A DNA stretch of 32,591 nt from Nanobdellota archaeon (GTDB lineage Archaea > Nanobdellota > Nanobdellia > Woesearchaeales > JAGLGH01), in the NCBI GenBank assembly GCA_034723595.1, contig JAYEPB010000100.1:1-32591 (forward strand), given 5' to 3'. Under the pieces are notes generated by a model. The model was not told where the DNA came from. It saw nothing but the letters and a program-made list of their open reading frames with translations, and did not search any database. Positions within the stretch are counted from its first letter, which is position 1. Every line of letters begins with the position of its first letter. Positions 24,497-32,591 of this stretch are shown here, one piece after another. The position numbers and the translations under genes were made by a program.

Positions 24497-25383
24497 AAAT
24501 TTTAGTGCCTCTATCTAATCTTGAAGAAGTTAAGCCTTTATGTACTGCTGGCGCTGATCAGTTTTATTGCGGATTAGTCCATAAGAATGAATCTCTTAAT
24601 GACAGGCCAAATATAGGGAATTTTAATTTTACTGATATTGATGAACTCTCAAAAGCAGTAGATATTGTCCATGGCTTGGGAAAAGATATGTTTTTAGTGA
24701 TTAATAACATCACTCCTGATTTAGAGTCTGCTCTTAGTCAGGCACGAATTGCTGAGAAGCTGGGGATAAAAGGGGTTATTGTATCTAATCCTTTAGTTCT
24801 GAAGAGGATAAGGGAAGAGAAATTAAAATTAGATGTATGCGCAAGTTGTTTAACTGGAGCGTTAAACAGCCAGGCTATAAATTTCTTTCAGAAGTTAGGC
24901 GCAAAGCTTATTCATTTACCCAGGCATGTAGGAATAAAAGATTTAGAGATGATTTCTAATAATCTCGAGGGGATTGAACTATCTGTTTTTGGCATGAATG
25001 GCATGTGCATAAATATTGAAGCATACTGCTCATTGCATTACCTGAAAAATGAGTTCTTTATACCTTGCAATAATTTCAAAACAATTGAATTGGCTGGTGA
25101 AGGGTCATTGTCAAAGACTGAGATGAATAAAAAGATTAATTCTCCTAAGATTAGCTGTGGAATCTGCGCATTTAAAAGATTTAAAAAAATAGGGATAAGT
25201 TCAATTAAAATTGAGGGCAGAGGCATATCTACTAATAAAAAGATAATAAATGTGTCTATTGTAAAGGAAGCTTTAGACTTAGCCAATGAAAACATTAATG
25301 ATGCAGACTTTCACTTGCTCTGCAAAAGATTATTTAAGAAACATTTTAATGAAGATTGTAAAGTGGAATATTGTTACTTTTAA
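24493..25383 (+). CDS. Peptidase U32-family protein, UbiU-like Cys pattern
   Basis: MKILVPLSNLEEVKPLCTAGADQFYCGL...NFNFTDIDELSKAVDIVHGLGKDMFLVINN...GVIVSNP...ELSVFGMNGMCINIEAYCSLH...IKIEGRG follows the U32 family layout. Cys lie at about 172, 179, 192 and 222/225. The ATGA start overlaps the upstream stop. Confidence 0.7.
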   Translation: MKILVPLSNLEEVKPLCTAGADQFYCGLVHKNESLNDRPNIGNFNFTDIDELSKAVDIVHGLGKDMFLVINNITPDLESALSQARIAEKLGIKGVIVSNPLVLKRIREEKLKLDVCASCLTGALNSQAINFFQKLGAKLIHLPRHVGIKDLEMISNNLEGIELSVFGMNGMCINIEAYCSLHYLKNEFFIPCNNFKTIELAGEGSLSKTEMNKKINSPKISCGICAFKRFKKIGISSIKIEGRGISTNKKIINVSIVKEALDLANENINDADFHLLCKRLFKKHFNEDCKVEYCYF

Positions 25384-25385
25384 AG

Positions 25386-26117
25386 ATGGAAAAAGCAATT
25401 CATTTTAGGGCAATCCATAATTTGGATAGAATTAAAATCAAGGATATAGGCAGATTTTACTTTGGCGAAGAGTTTTGTGATCGGCTATTGCCTAGCAATC
25501 AGGAGATGAAAGAAGTAGTCAATAAAGCAAGAGAGTCAAATAAGGACATTTCCTTGTTGATACCCCCCTTGTCTGAGACAGGCCTGAAAAAGGCCATATC
25601 ATTGATTAATTTATTAGATTCTGGCAGTGAGGTTATTGTAAATGATTATGGGGCATTAAATCTTGTTGCTAATGAATTCGAGAATCCTATCATTATAGGG
25701 AGAGTAATGGGGAGAAACATACTTCAGGCTTTGAATATATTTAATAATGACAAAGATTTAATTAAGGAAAATATCCTTCTATTTGGTTCGAGAATTAAAG
25801 GCATCGACGTGGATTACTTTAATGCCAATAAAATTAATCCTATCTTGGCTAAGATTTTAGACTTTTCATTTTATAGGGGCCCCTTTTTTTGGACAGTGAC
25901 AAGGAGATGCGCATTTAATAGCAATTCCCAAAGTCTGCATAAATTTGCAGCCTGCAAAAAAGAATGTTTAAAAAACAAGGCAATAATTAAGAATACGCTA
26001 GTTAATAAAAGGTTTTTATTAGAAGGTAATAAGATAATTAATCTTGAAATGACTGCCAGAAAAAAGATAAACTATGGGTTATTTAAACGAGTAGTCTATA
26101 AGCTAAAAGAGAGTTAA
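25386..26117 (+). CDS. U32-related protein, UbiV-like Cys pattern
   Basis: MEKAIHF...RFYFGEEFCDRLLPS...ISLLIPPLSE...VIVNDYGALNLV. Cys lie at about 31, 175, 190 and 194 (C..., then C-x14-C-x3-C). The track start at 25371 is non-ATG; the ATG at 25386 lies 2 nt after the upstream stop. Confidence 0.6.
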   Translation: MEKAIHFRAIHNLDRIKIKDIGRFYFGEEFCDRLLPSNQEMKEVVNKARESNKDISLLIPPLSETGLKKAISLINLLDSGSEVIVNDYGALNLVANEFENPIIIGRVMGRNILQALNIFNNDKDLIKENILLFGSRIKGIDVDYFNANKINPILAKILDFSFYRGPFFWTVTRRCAFNSNSQSLHKFAACKKECLKNKAIIKNTLVNKRFLLEGNKIINLEMTARKKINYGLFKRVVYKLKES

Positions 26118-26118
26118 G

Positions 26119-27027
26119 ATGAATTTACCTAACGAAATAATCATAGAATTGACAAGAAAATGCAATCTGGATTGTGATTTTTGTTTTAACAAGCAAGGAA
26201 CTTATAATTCATGCGGGATTTCGCAAAAAGAGATTTTTAAAGTATTGCAGGAAGTTTCAGATTCTGGAATCAAGGCAGTGAGATTTACAGGTGGAGAGCC
26301 GTTCTTAAGAAAAGACTTATGCGAAATACTAAGAAAAGCCAAATCATTGGGCATGTATGTGATTCTCAACACTAATTCGTTTCTAATAGATGAAGGAAAT
26401 AAAGATTGTTTTAATTATGTTGATTTGGTTCTTTTTTCCTTGCATAATACTGCGCGATTTGAAAAAGTAAAAGAAAAGATGGATATGCTGAAAGATTATA
26501 ATTTGAAAATTATGCTTGGCACTATCCTTATACAACTAAATATAGATCCTCTTGAGGATTATTATGATTTCATCTCTAAATTAGATAGCAAAAACTTTGT
26601 AGAATGGTTCTTATTAAGACCAATACCAAATAAGTCCAATAAGAAGCCAATAACTAAAAAAGACATCAGAATCATCTATGAAAAAGTTGTGCAATATAAT
26701 AAGGAATATAATATGGATATTAAAATTGCAAATGCCTTGCCTTTCTGTGCAATAGATGAAGATTTACAATCTATCTGCAAAGGAGGGCATTTTGATTCTG
26801 GTTATACCAGGCTGGTTATTGATGCTGCTGGGAATTATAAAGCAGATTATTTTTCAAACATTTTAGGAAATATCAGTTCAAGCAATATTCTTGATGTATG
26901 GAATTCCAGAGAGATTAAGGATATTCGTGAATTTAAGAAGATTGATGAGAAATGCAAGACCTGCTGTCATCTCACAAAATGCAGAGGAGGCTTGATTGGA
27001 AAAGAATATTTGCGCAAGTTTGCCTGA
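26119..27027 (+). CDS. Radical SAM enzyme with a C-terminal SPASM/twitch-type auxiliary cluster domain
   Basis: CNLDCDFC is the CxxxCxxC motif and FTGGEPFLRKDL follows. The C-terminal region reads PFCAIDE...CKGG...VIDAAGNYKADYFSNILGNISSSNILDVWNS...CKTCCHLTKCRGG. The start lies 1 nt after the upstream stop. Confidence 0.8.
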   Translation: MNLPNEIIIELTRKCNLDCDFCFNKQGTYNSCGISQKEIFKVLQEVSDSGIKAVRFTGGEPFLRKDLCEILRKAKSLGMYVILNTNSFLIDEGNKDCFNYVDLVLFSLHNTARFEKVKEKMDMLKDYNLKIMLGTILIQLNIDPLEDYYDFISKLDSKNFVEWFLLRPIPNKSNKKPITKKDIRIIYEKVVQYNKEYNMDIKIANALPFCAIDEDLQSICKGGHFDSGYTRLVIDAAGNYKADYFSNILGNISSSNILDVWNSREIKDIREFKKIDEKCKTCCHLTKCRGGLIGKEYLRKFA

Positions 27028-27040
27028 TGAAATTTGAAAA

Positions 27041-28282
27041 TCAAATATTATTGAATTTTGCATATACTTTAAAATTTAATCCATTGGCAATTTTATATGC
27101 TGTGCTGCCAATATCATAATGGTTATTGATTGAAAGAATTTGTATTGCTTTTCTTATGTCTTCTCTATATTTCTTATTTAAGAATAAATCCGTGTTTTTG
27201 ATGAATTCTTTCGTCTTATCATCTAATTCTGCTTTTTCTCGTGTTTTTTGATTATTTAATATTGCCAGCAATTTTTTGTCATGGTCTTTGCAAATAATGT
27301 TTTTATTTAATTTGAGCTTATGATAATTCTCAACTTTTTGCACTGCCTCAACAATATCAATCTTCCCAAGCGGCTGGTTATTTATCAAGTCTGTGGATTT
27401 GCTGACATAGTTTGTTCTTACTAAATTCTCTTTTGGAACAACATTATATCCGCCGCCATGTTCTGATGCAATAATGGGGATGCCCATATGATTTGCTTCT
27501 ACAAGGACTCTTGGACATGATTCTAGATTTGCTGTTGAAGGGAATAACATAACATCTATATTTTTAAGGAATTCCCATATCCTTTGGTGAAGAATTGGTT
27601 TGCCTTCATTTATATGGATATAATTTCTTTGATCAATTTTATGCTTATTCAACAATGAGATTATTCTATCGCGAGAATATTCTGCTTGCGGCTTGCCGCA
27701 TGCGAGAAATTGTATATTTTTCTCTTTTAATGATTTAGATGATTCTATAAATATTTGCAAAGCCTGATCAAAGTTTTTTTCTTTCGATAGATGCCCTAAC
27801 CAGCCCAATACAATCTTGTTCTCTTGTTTATGTTTTTCGATTTTTGGGTGATTTTGAAAAGAATGCATGACTGGAAAACATACAGAGGTATTTTTTTCAT
27901 TTAAATGAGAGAAAAGTTTTATATAAAACTGTCTGGTAAATTCTGAAGGGATTATTAATTTGTCATTTTCATTCGAATATTTTGAACAAAGCTTTTCCTG
28001 CATCAAATATCCCCCCCAAAGAGTTGTGTGGATATCTCTTACTATGGTAAAATTTTTGTTGTATTTTTCTCTCAAATAATGGAAAATCCAGTCATAAGGT
28101 CCAGAATTGGTCAATAGTACATCTTCATCATTAAAACTTTTAATTTTTCTTAATATATCAAGAAAATGCATGCCCTTGGCATTAGGTTGTTCTGATAAAA
28201 AGCATGAATTATAGTAATAACATAAATTAGCCCCAAATTCGTTATTATTTTTATAATTGCAATAGATTATCATTCTTAGCAT
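27041..28282 (-). CDS. GT-B fold glycosyltransferase (GT4/GT1-like)
   Basis: GWLGHLSKEKNFDQALQIF... and MLFPSTANLESCPRVLVEANHMGIPIIASEHGG match the E-x7-E-type C-terminal domain motif. The N-terminal domain is divergent. Confidence 0.65.
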   Translation of the reverse strand: MLRMIIYCNYKNNNEFGANLCYYYNSCFLSEQPNAKGMHFLDILRKIKSFNDEDVLLTNSGPYDWIFHYLREKYNKNFTIVRDIHTTLWGGYLMQEKLCSKYSNENDKLIIPSEFTRQFYIKLFSHLNEKNTSVCFPVMHSFQNHPKIEKHKQENKIVLGWLGHLSKEKNFDQALQIFIESSKSLKEKNIQFLACGKPQAEYSRDRIISLLNKHKIDQRNYIHINEGKPILHQRIWEFLKNIDVMLFPSTANLESCPRVLVEANHMGIPIIASEHGGGYNVVPKENLVRTNYVSKSTDLINNQPLGKIDIVEAVQKVENYHKLKLNKNIICKDHDKKLLAILNNQKTREKAELDDKTKEFIKNTDLFLNKKYREDIRKAIQILSINNHYDIGSTAYKIANGLNFKVYAKFNNI

Positions 28283-28354
28283 AAGTTATATATATGTAAC
28301 TAAGAATACTAAGAAACATAGTTAATTTAAAAAGTTTTGGGGGTTTTTAGAGAT

Positions 28355-29503
28355 ATGAAGATTTGCATAGTTACTTTTGAATATCCTCCGCAAATTGGAG
28401 GGATATCTCATGCTGTGAATAGGATAGCTAAGGGGCTTTTAAAAAAAGGGGTTGAAATGCATATTGTTGCAGTCACTCCAAATAATAGAACATCTTTCTC
28501 TGAAAATTCTGTTTCTGAATCTGGAAATGCTATTGTTCATCGATTTGGTCCATCTAGCGGAGATCTTAAGCATATCTCTGGAAAAGAAGCTGAGGATCTT
28601 TCCAATTACCTTATAGAACTTGATAAAGAACATGATTTTGACTTGTTTCATGCATTTACAATTTTCCCTTGCGGCTATATCACTGTGAAAATTGCAAAAA
28701 AATTAGGCAAACCAGTGATAGTAAGCGGCAGAGGAGAAGATGGAGCAATTGACCTCAATAGCCATAATCTTGAAGAAAAAAGATGGGCTGTCAAAAATGC
28801 GAATTATCTAACTTTTGTCAGCACTGAAATGATGAATCATGTTGATTGCTTTGAAAGATGTAAATATAAATCAAAAGTCATACTCAATAGTTTAGATCCC
28901 TCTGAGTTCTATTTTTTGCCCCATTTTAAAAAACCTGAATTAAAAGGTTTTGTAATAGGCATCGCCACCACAATAAGAGAGATTAAGGGTTTTGAATATC
29001 TCTTAGAGGCTTTTGCAAGATTTTCTAAGAAATATGAATCTACTTTGATTTTAGCAGGAGATTTTAGGACAATTGACCTTAAAAAAAAATACTTATTATT
29101 GATTCATAAATTAGGAATTAGAAATAAAGTTGTAATTACTGGACTTATAAAGCATAAATTCATTCTTAACTATATTGATTTAATGGATGTTTATGTGCTG
29201 CCTTCTGTTTTTTCTGAAGGATGCCCTAATTCTTTGCTTGAAGCAATGTATTTAGGAAAGCCTGTTATTGGATCTGATATTGGAGCAATCCCTGAGATAA
29301 TAGAGCATAAGAAAAATGGTCTTCTATTTGCTTTAAAAAATGTGGCTGGGATTTATGAAAATCTGATCTTACTTAAAGAGGATAAAGAACTTTGCAAAGA
29401 AATCAAAAGTGAAGTAAAGAGGACAATTATTCAAAAATTCAAGTATGATAAAGAACCAAAAAGATGGTTTAAAATATATAATGAAATTATTAAATTACCT
29501 TAG
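28355..29503 (+). CDS. GT4-family glycosyltransferase
   Basis: MKICIVTFEYPPQIGGISHAVNRIAKGL... and LPSVFSEGCPNSLLEAMYLGKPVIGSDIGAIPEIIEHKKNGLLF are classic GT4 motifs. The track start at 28337 is TTG; the ATG at 28355 has GGGGGT ~10 nt upstream. Confidence 0.85.
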   Translation: MKICIVTFEYPPQIGGISHAVNRIAKGLLKKGVEMHIVAVTPNNRTSFSENSVSESGNAIVHRFGPSSGDLKHISGKEAEDLSNYLIELDKEHDFDLFHAFTIFPCGYITVKIAKKLGKPVIVSGRGEDGAIDLNSHNLEEKRWAVKNANYLTFVSTEMMNHVDCFERCKYKSKVILNSLDPSEFYFLPHFKKPELKGFVIGIATTIREIKGFEYLLEAFARFSKKYESTLILAGDFRTIDLKKKYLLLIHKLGIRNKVVITGLIKHKFILNYIDLMDVYVLPSVFSEGCPNSLLEAMYLGKPVIGSDIGAIPEIIEHKKNGLLFALKNVAGIYENLILLKEDKELCKEIKSEVKRTIIQKFKYDKEPKRWFKIYNEIIKLP

Positions 29504-29519
29504 GCTATTGATATATTTT

Positions 29520-29628
29520 ATACCACCAGTCTGTGACTGGTGTAATCAAGTGGTATTAAATATGCTCAATAGGAAGTGACCCGAGGCGAAGCCGAGCATG
29601 CCACCAGTGTTTCACTGGTGGTGGTCAC
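29520..29628 (+). other. GC-rich structured intergenic element with twin CCACCAGT/ACTGGTGG hairpins
   Basis: Hairpin 1 is caccagtc-tgt-gactggtg (29524-29542, 8 bp). Hairpin 2 is ccaccagtg-ttt-cactggtgg (29601-29621, 9 bp). An outer gtgacc/ggtcac pairing links 29576-29581 with 29623-29628. An alternative ataccac/gtggtat pairing links 29520-29526 with 29550-29556. The mini-hairpin sequence GCGAAGC is embedded near 29586. Confidence 0.45.
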
Positions 29629-29669
29629 GGACTTTTGACAAATTATATAATCAGAAAAAGATGCAGAAG

Positions 29670-32591
29670 ATGGGAAAAAGAATTATGTTTTATTGCCATT
29701 ATAGTGTAGGTCTTGGCCATTTTGTCAGGACATTTGCATTAGCCAAAGGCATAAAAAGAGTAAATCCAAATTCTGAGATTTTAATTGTTTCAGGCGGCGC
29801 ACCAGTTCCCATTAAATTGCCAGATGGAATACAAGGGATTAAAATTCTTAATTTGCCGCCACTTAGAGAATCACAAAACAACAGGGAATTAGAGCCATTG
29901 TCTGATGAATCAGCTGATGAAGTAAAAAAATCAAGGATAATTCAAATAATTAAGGCATATAGATTATTTAAACCGGATTTTTTATTTGTCGACCATTTCC
30001 CATTTGGAAGAATTGAACTAAAATATGAAATAACTGCTCTGCTTGATATTGCGATGAATTCTAATAAAAAACCAAAAATAATTTCCAGCATAAGAGACAT
30101 GGCTTTTGTGGAAAAAGATCATGAAGAAGAAACTGGACAGATGATAGAATACTTTTTGAACAAATACTTTGATTATTTATTAGTTCATTCTGACTATAGA
30201 GTAACTTGCATTGAAGATGAATTTGAGATATTAAAACAAGTTAAGATTCCTATAATCTATACTGGTTATGTCTGTTCAATGTCTGAAGAAGAGATTAAAG
30301 AAAATGTTAAAGAAAAGGTTAATTATACTGATGCAGATTATCCTTACGCAAAAAATGAAAAATTAATATTGGTTAGCGCAGGTGGAGGAAGGAGTTGCTT
30401 TGAGCTTATCAAAAAAACAATTGAGGCAAAAGAAAAATTAGACAAAAATAAAGTGAAATCAAGATTCTTGATACTGGCTGGCCCTTTCTTAAGCGAAGAG
30501 GAATTTTTATCATTAAAAGAACTTGCAAAAAAACATAGAGGTATAAGTCTAAAGCGATTTATACCTGATTTCATTGATGTTTTAAAACAAGCCGATGTTT
30601 CAATAAGCAATGTTGGATATAATACTACTGTTGAACTCCTATTGACTAAGACTAAATCCTTATTAATCCCCCATATCAAGAATTCTGTGATAAACAAGGA
30701 ACAGCTTGAACGAGCTAAAAAAATAAAAAACATAATCTCAGCAGAGATTCTTGATCCAAGAGAACTGAATCCAATGAAGATTGCGGATTGTTTGAACAAA
30801 TTAATGAGTTCTAAGCAAAATCAGGGTGATAGCAAACAATTTGAAGTTGATCTGAATGGCGCTGAATTTGCAGGAGAATTCATAAGCAATCTTAATAAGC
30901 CTTGCAGGGTATTTTTCAGAGATGATGATGTTCATGAAGTGACAGATAAGTTTATTGATTTAAATAATCTATTTTCAGATAAAAACATTCCAATACATTA
31001 TTCAGTCATACCTTGCACAATGTCTAAAAATTTGATTGAATACTTAAATAATATTAAGAAAAAACAACATAATATTGAGATAGGTCAGCATGGCTGGAGC
31101 CATAAAAAACATGGAGATTCTGTAAGCTATGAATTTGGCGATAAAAGGAGCTATTCTGAGCAATATGAAGACATTTCTAAAGGCAGGAATAAAATAGAGT
31201 CTAATTTTGAAATAAATCCAAATCTTGTTTTTACTCCGCCTCACAATAGATTAAATTCAGATACAATCAAGGTGCTTGAAAAACTTGATTTCAGGATAAT
31301 CTCTTCATCATGCTATTCTGATGAATACAATAAAATAAGACCTCCTCAAAAAATAAGGGATATTCCTATTTGTCTGGATTTATTTATCAAAATAGATGAC
31401 AAGTGGATATTAAAGGATAAAAGAGAACTAATAAAAGAGTTTTTTATTAAAAAGCAGAATGGAATAGTTGGCATAATGATTCATCATAAGTTTTTCAGTG
31501 ATAAAAAAGAATTTGAATTATTGAATGAGTTTATTGATCTTATGATTAGAGAAAAAGTACAATTTAAATCATTTGCGCAAATAAATAACTATTTAAAACA
31601 ATCAAAAAAAACAATTGCCTATCTCAGATCTAACTATCTTCCTGCTTCTGAAAACTTTATATATCAGGAAATTAAGAATATAAATCAATCTGATTCATGT
31701 TATGCAGCTGTAATTTCAGTTGTTAGGGAAAATGAAAATATATTCTCTGGAGTAGAGGTCATTGAGCAGCCACGATTCAAATCTTTACACACTGCCAATT
31801 ACCCATTCATAAAAAATTCACAGCTTAAGCTTTACAGCCAATTCATGAACTTTTGCGCAGATGAAATAATGTCAAGGGATGTTTCTTTGCTTCATGCCCA
31901 GTTTGGTGATGATGGGCTGTTCTTTTTGCCATTAAAAAGAAAAACTGGGCTGCCTTTAGTTGTATCTTTTAGGGGTTTTGATTTATACAGGCTGCCAAAT
32001 CAGTTCCCAAGGGTATATAATCCTTTATTCAAAGAAGCTGATTTGTTCTTGGTTAGGTCTAATTCCATGAAAAAAGATTTGATTAATTTGGGATGCCATG
32101 CTGAAAAAGTAAATGTGCATCATTCATCAATTGATTTAGATGAGATTGATGCAATCCTAAATAAAATACAAAATAAAGAAATAAGAGTCAATACAGAAAC
32201 AATAAAAGAGGAAAAAAGAGTTAATGAGAAAATTAAACTTATTTTCGCAGGAAGGTTTGTTGAAAAGAAGGGAATCTTTGATATTATTAAAGCGTTTTCA
32301 GGATTAAAGCAAGAGGGCAAGGATATTGAACTGAAGTTGATTGGCGACGGTCCCCTAAAAAAACAGGCAGAAAAAATGGTTTATGATTTGGAAATCAAAG
32401 ATATAACTTTTATGACCTTCTTAAGTCATGAAGATCTGATAAAAGAGATTAAAAAATCAGATATATTTGTTCTTCCAGGCAAAACTGCAAAAGACTGCAA
32501 TAAAGAAGGCATTCCTGTTATATTAATGGAAGCAATGGCTTGCGGCTTGCCTGTTGTTTCAACATTCCATTCAGGAATCCCTGAGTTAGTT
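29670..32591 (+). CDS. Partial CDS (continues past the right edge): tri-domain fusion of a MurG/COG4671-like GT-B glycosyltransferase, a polysaccharide deacetylase (CE4/DUF2334-like) and a GT4 glycosyltransferase
   Basis: Absent from the ORF track (no stop in the window). Hand translation in the frame of ATG 29670 is open to 32591 (~974 codons). It begins MGKRIMFYCHYSVGLGHFVRTFALAKG, and the first domain continues with ...LILVSAGGGRS...ILAGPFL...ISNVGYNTTVELL. From about 30900 it reads CRVFFRDDDV...IGQHGWSHKKHGD...FTPPHNRL. From about 31610 it reads ...VVSFRGFDLY...LIFAGRFVEKKG...FVLPGKTAKDCNKEGIPVILMEAMACGLPVVSTFHSGIPELV. In-frame ATGs also exist at 29598, 29661 and 29685. Confidence 0.75.
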   Translation, partial: MGKRIMFYCHYSVGLGHFVRTFALAKGIKRVNPNSEILIVSGGAPVPIKLPDGIQGIKILNLPPLRESQNNRELEPLSDESADEVKKSRIIQIIKAYRLFKPDFLFVDHFPFGRIELKYEITALLDIAMNSNKKPKIISSIRDMAFVEKDHEEETGQMIEYFLNKYFDYLLVHSDYRVTCIEDEFEILKQVKIPIIYTGYVCSMSEEEIKENVKEKVNYTDADYPYAKNEKLILVSAGGGRSCFELIKKTIEAKEKLDKNKVKSRFLILAGPFLSEEEFLSLKELAKKHRGISLKRFIPDFIDVLKQADVSISNVGYNTTVELLLTKTKSLLIPHIKNSVINKEQLERAKKIKNIISAEILDPRELNPMKIADCLNKLMSSKQNQGDSKQFEVDLNGAEFAGEFISNLNKPCRVFFRDDDVHEVTDKFIDLNNLFSDKNIPIHYSVIPCTMSKNLIEYLNNIKKKQHNIEIGQHGWSHKKHGDSVSYEFGDKRSYSEQYEDISKGRNKIESNFEINPNLVFTPPHNRLNSDTIKVLEKLDFRIISSSCYSDEYNKIRPPQKIRDIPICLDLFIKIDDKWILKDKRELIKEFFIKKQNGIVGIMIHHKFFSDKKEFELLNEFIDLMIREKVQFKSFAQINNYLKQSKKTIAYLRSNYLPASENFIYQEIKNINQSDSCYAAVISVVRENENIFSGVEVIEQPRFKSLHTANYPFIKNSQLKLYSQFMNFCADEIMSRDVSLLHAQFGDDGLFFLPLKRKTGLPLVVSFRGFDLYRLPNQFPRVYNPLFKEADLFLVRSNSMKKDLINLGCHAEKVNVHHSSIDLDEIDAILNKIQNKEIRVNTETIKEEKRVNEKIKLIFAGRFVEKKGIFDIIKAFSGLKQEGKDIELKLIGDGPLKKQAEKMVYDLEIKDITFMTFLSHEDLIKEIKKSDIFVLPGKTAKDCNKEGIPVILMEAMACGLPVVSTFHSGIPELV

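Noticed and set aside
29699-32320. Four minus-strand ORFs from the track (29699..29881, 30344..30799, 31044..31244, 32120..32320)
   Set aside because: They are antisense to a continuous plus-strand reading frame that encodes clear GT, deacetylase and GT4 motifs. The track omitted that frame only because it has no stop codon inside the window.

Overview
AT-rich window (about one-third G+C by eye), densely coding, and it looks archaeal. BRE/TATA-like boxes sit about 26 nt upstream of several ATGs, Lrp/AsnC and AbrB-PhoU regulators are present, and many proteins carry class III (type IV pilin-like) signal peptides. My guess is a small-genome uncultivated archaeon such as DPANN, but that is inference only. 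No rRNA, tRNA, CRISPR array, transposase or integrase was recognised. There are two large blocks. (1) Bases 1-21185, mostly minus strand, form a cell-surface locus. It holds ten proteins with [KR]-[GA]-(Q/S/I) + hydrophobic-helix N-termini, including three tandem 80-94 aa six-cysteine mini-pilins. It also holds two giant cysteine-rich extracellular proteins of 2184 aa and about 1440 aa. The first combines Ig/FN3-like domains, six tandem CGxGxxDxGExCD repeats, thrombospondin-type-3-like acidic Ca-binding repeats, a C-terminal TM helix and a 165-aa charged tail. A stand-alone PAS protein and three regulator/kinase-like genes complete the block. No pilus ATPase, platform protein or prepilin peptidase is in the window. 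(2) Bases 21354-32591 form a glycan/surface-modification cluster. It contains a radical SAM enzyme and a GT4 glycosyltransferase fused to a paralogous radical SAM domain. Next comes an adjacent pair of U32-family proteins whose cysteine spacing resembles the UbiU/UbiV O2-independent hydroxylase heterodimer. A radical SAM/SPASM enzyme and two GT4 genes follow. The last gene is a long ORF missing from the supplied track because it runs off the right edge; it fuses a MurG/COG4671-like GT, a polysaccharide deacetylase and a GT4. Two partial CDSs at the window edges were found by hand translation. Small-scale oddities include a 49-bp direct duplication of a gene start flanking a 111-bp hairpin/promoter-like insert, a duplicated promoter/leader, and twin CCACCAGT hairpins in a GC-rich spacer. 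All functional calls rest on motifs I recognised by eye; no searches were run.
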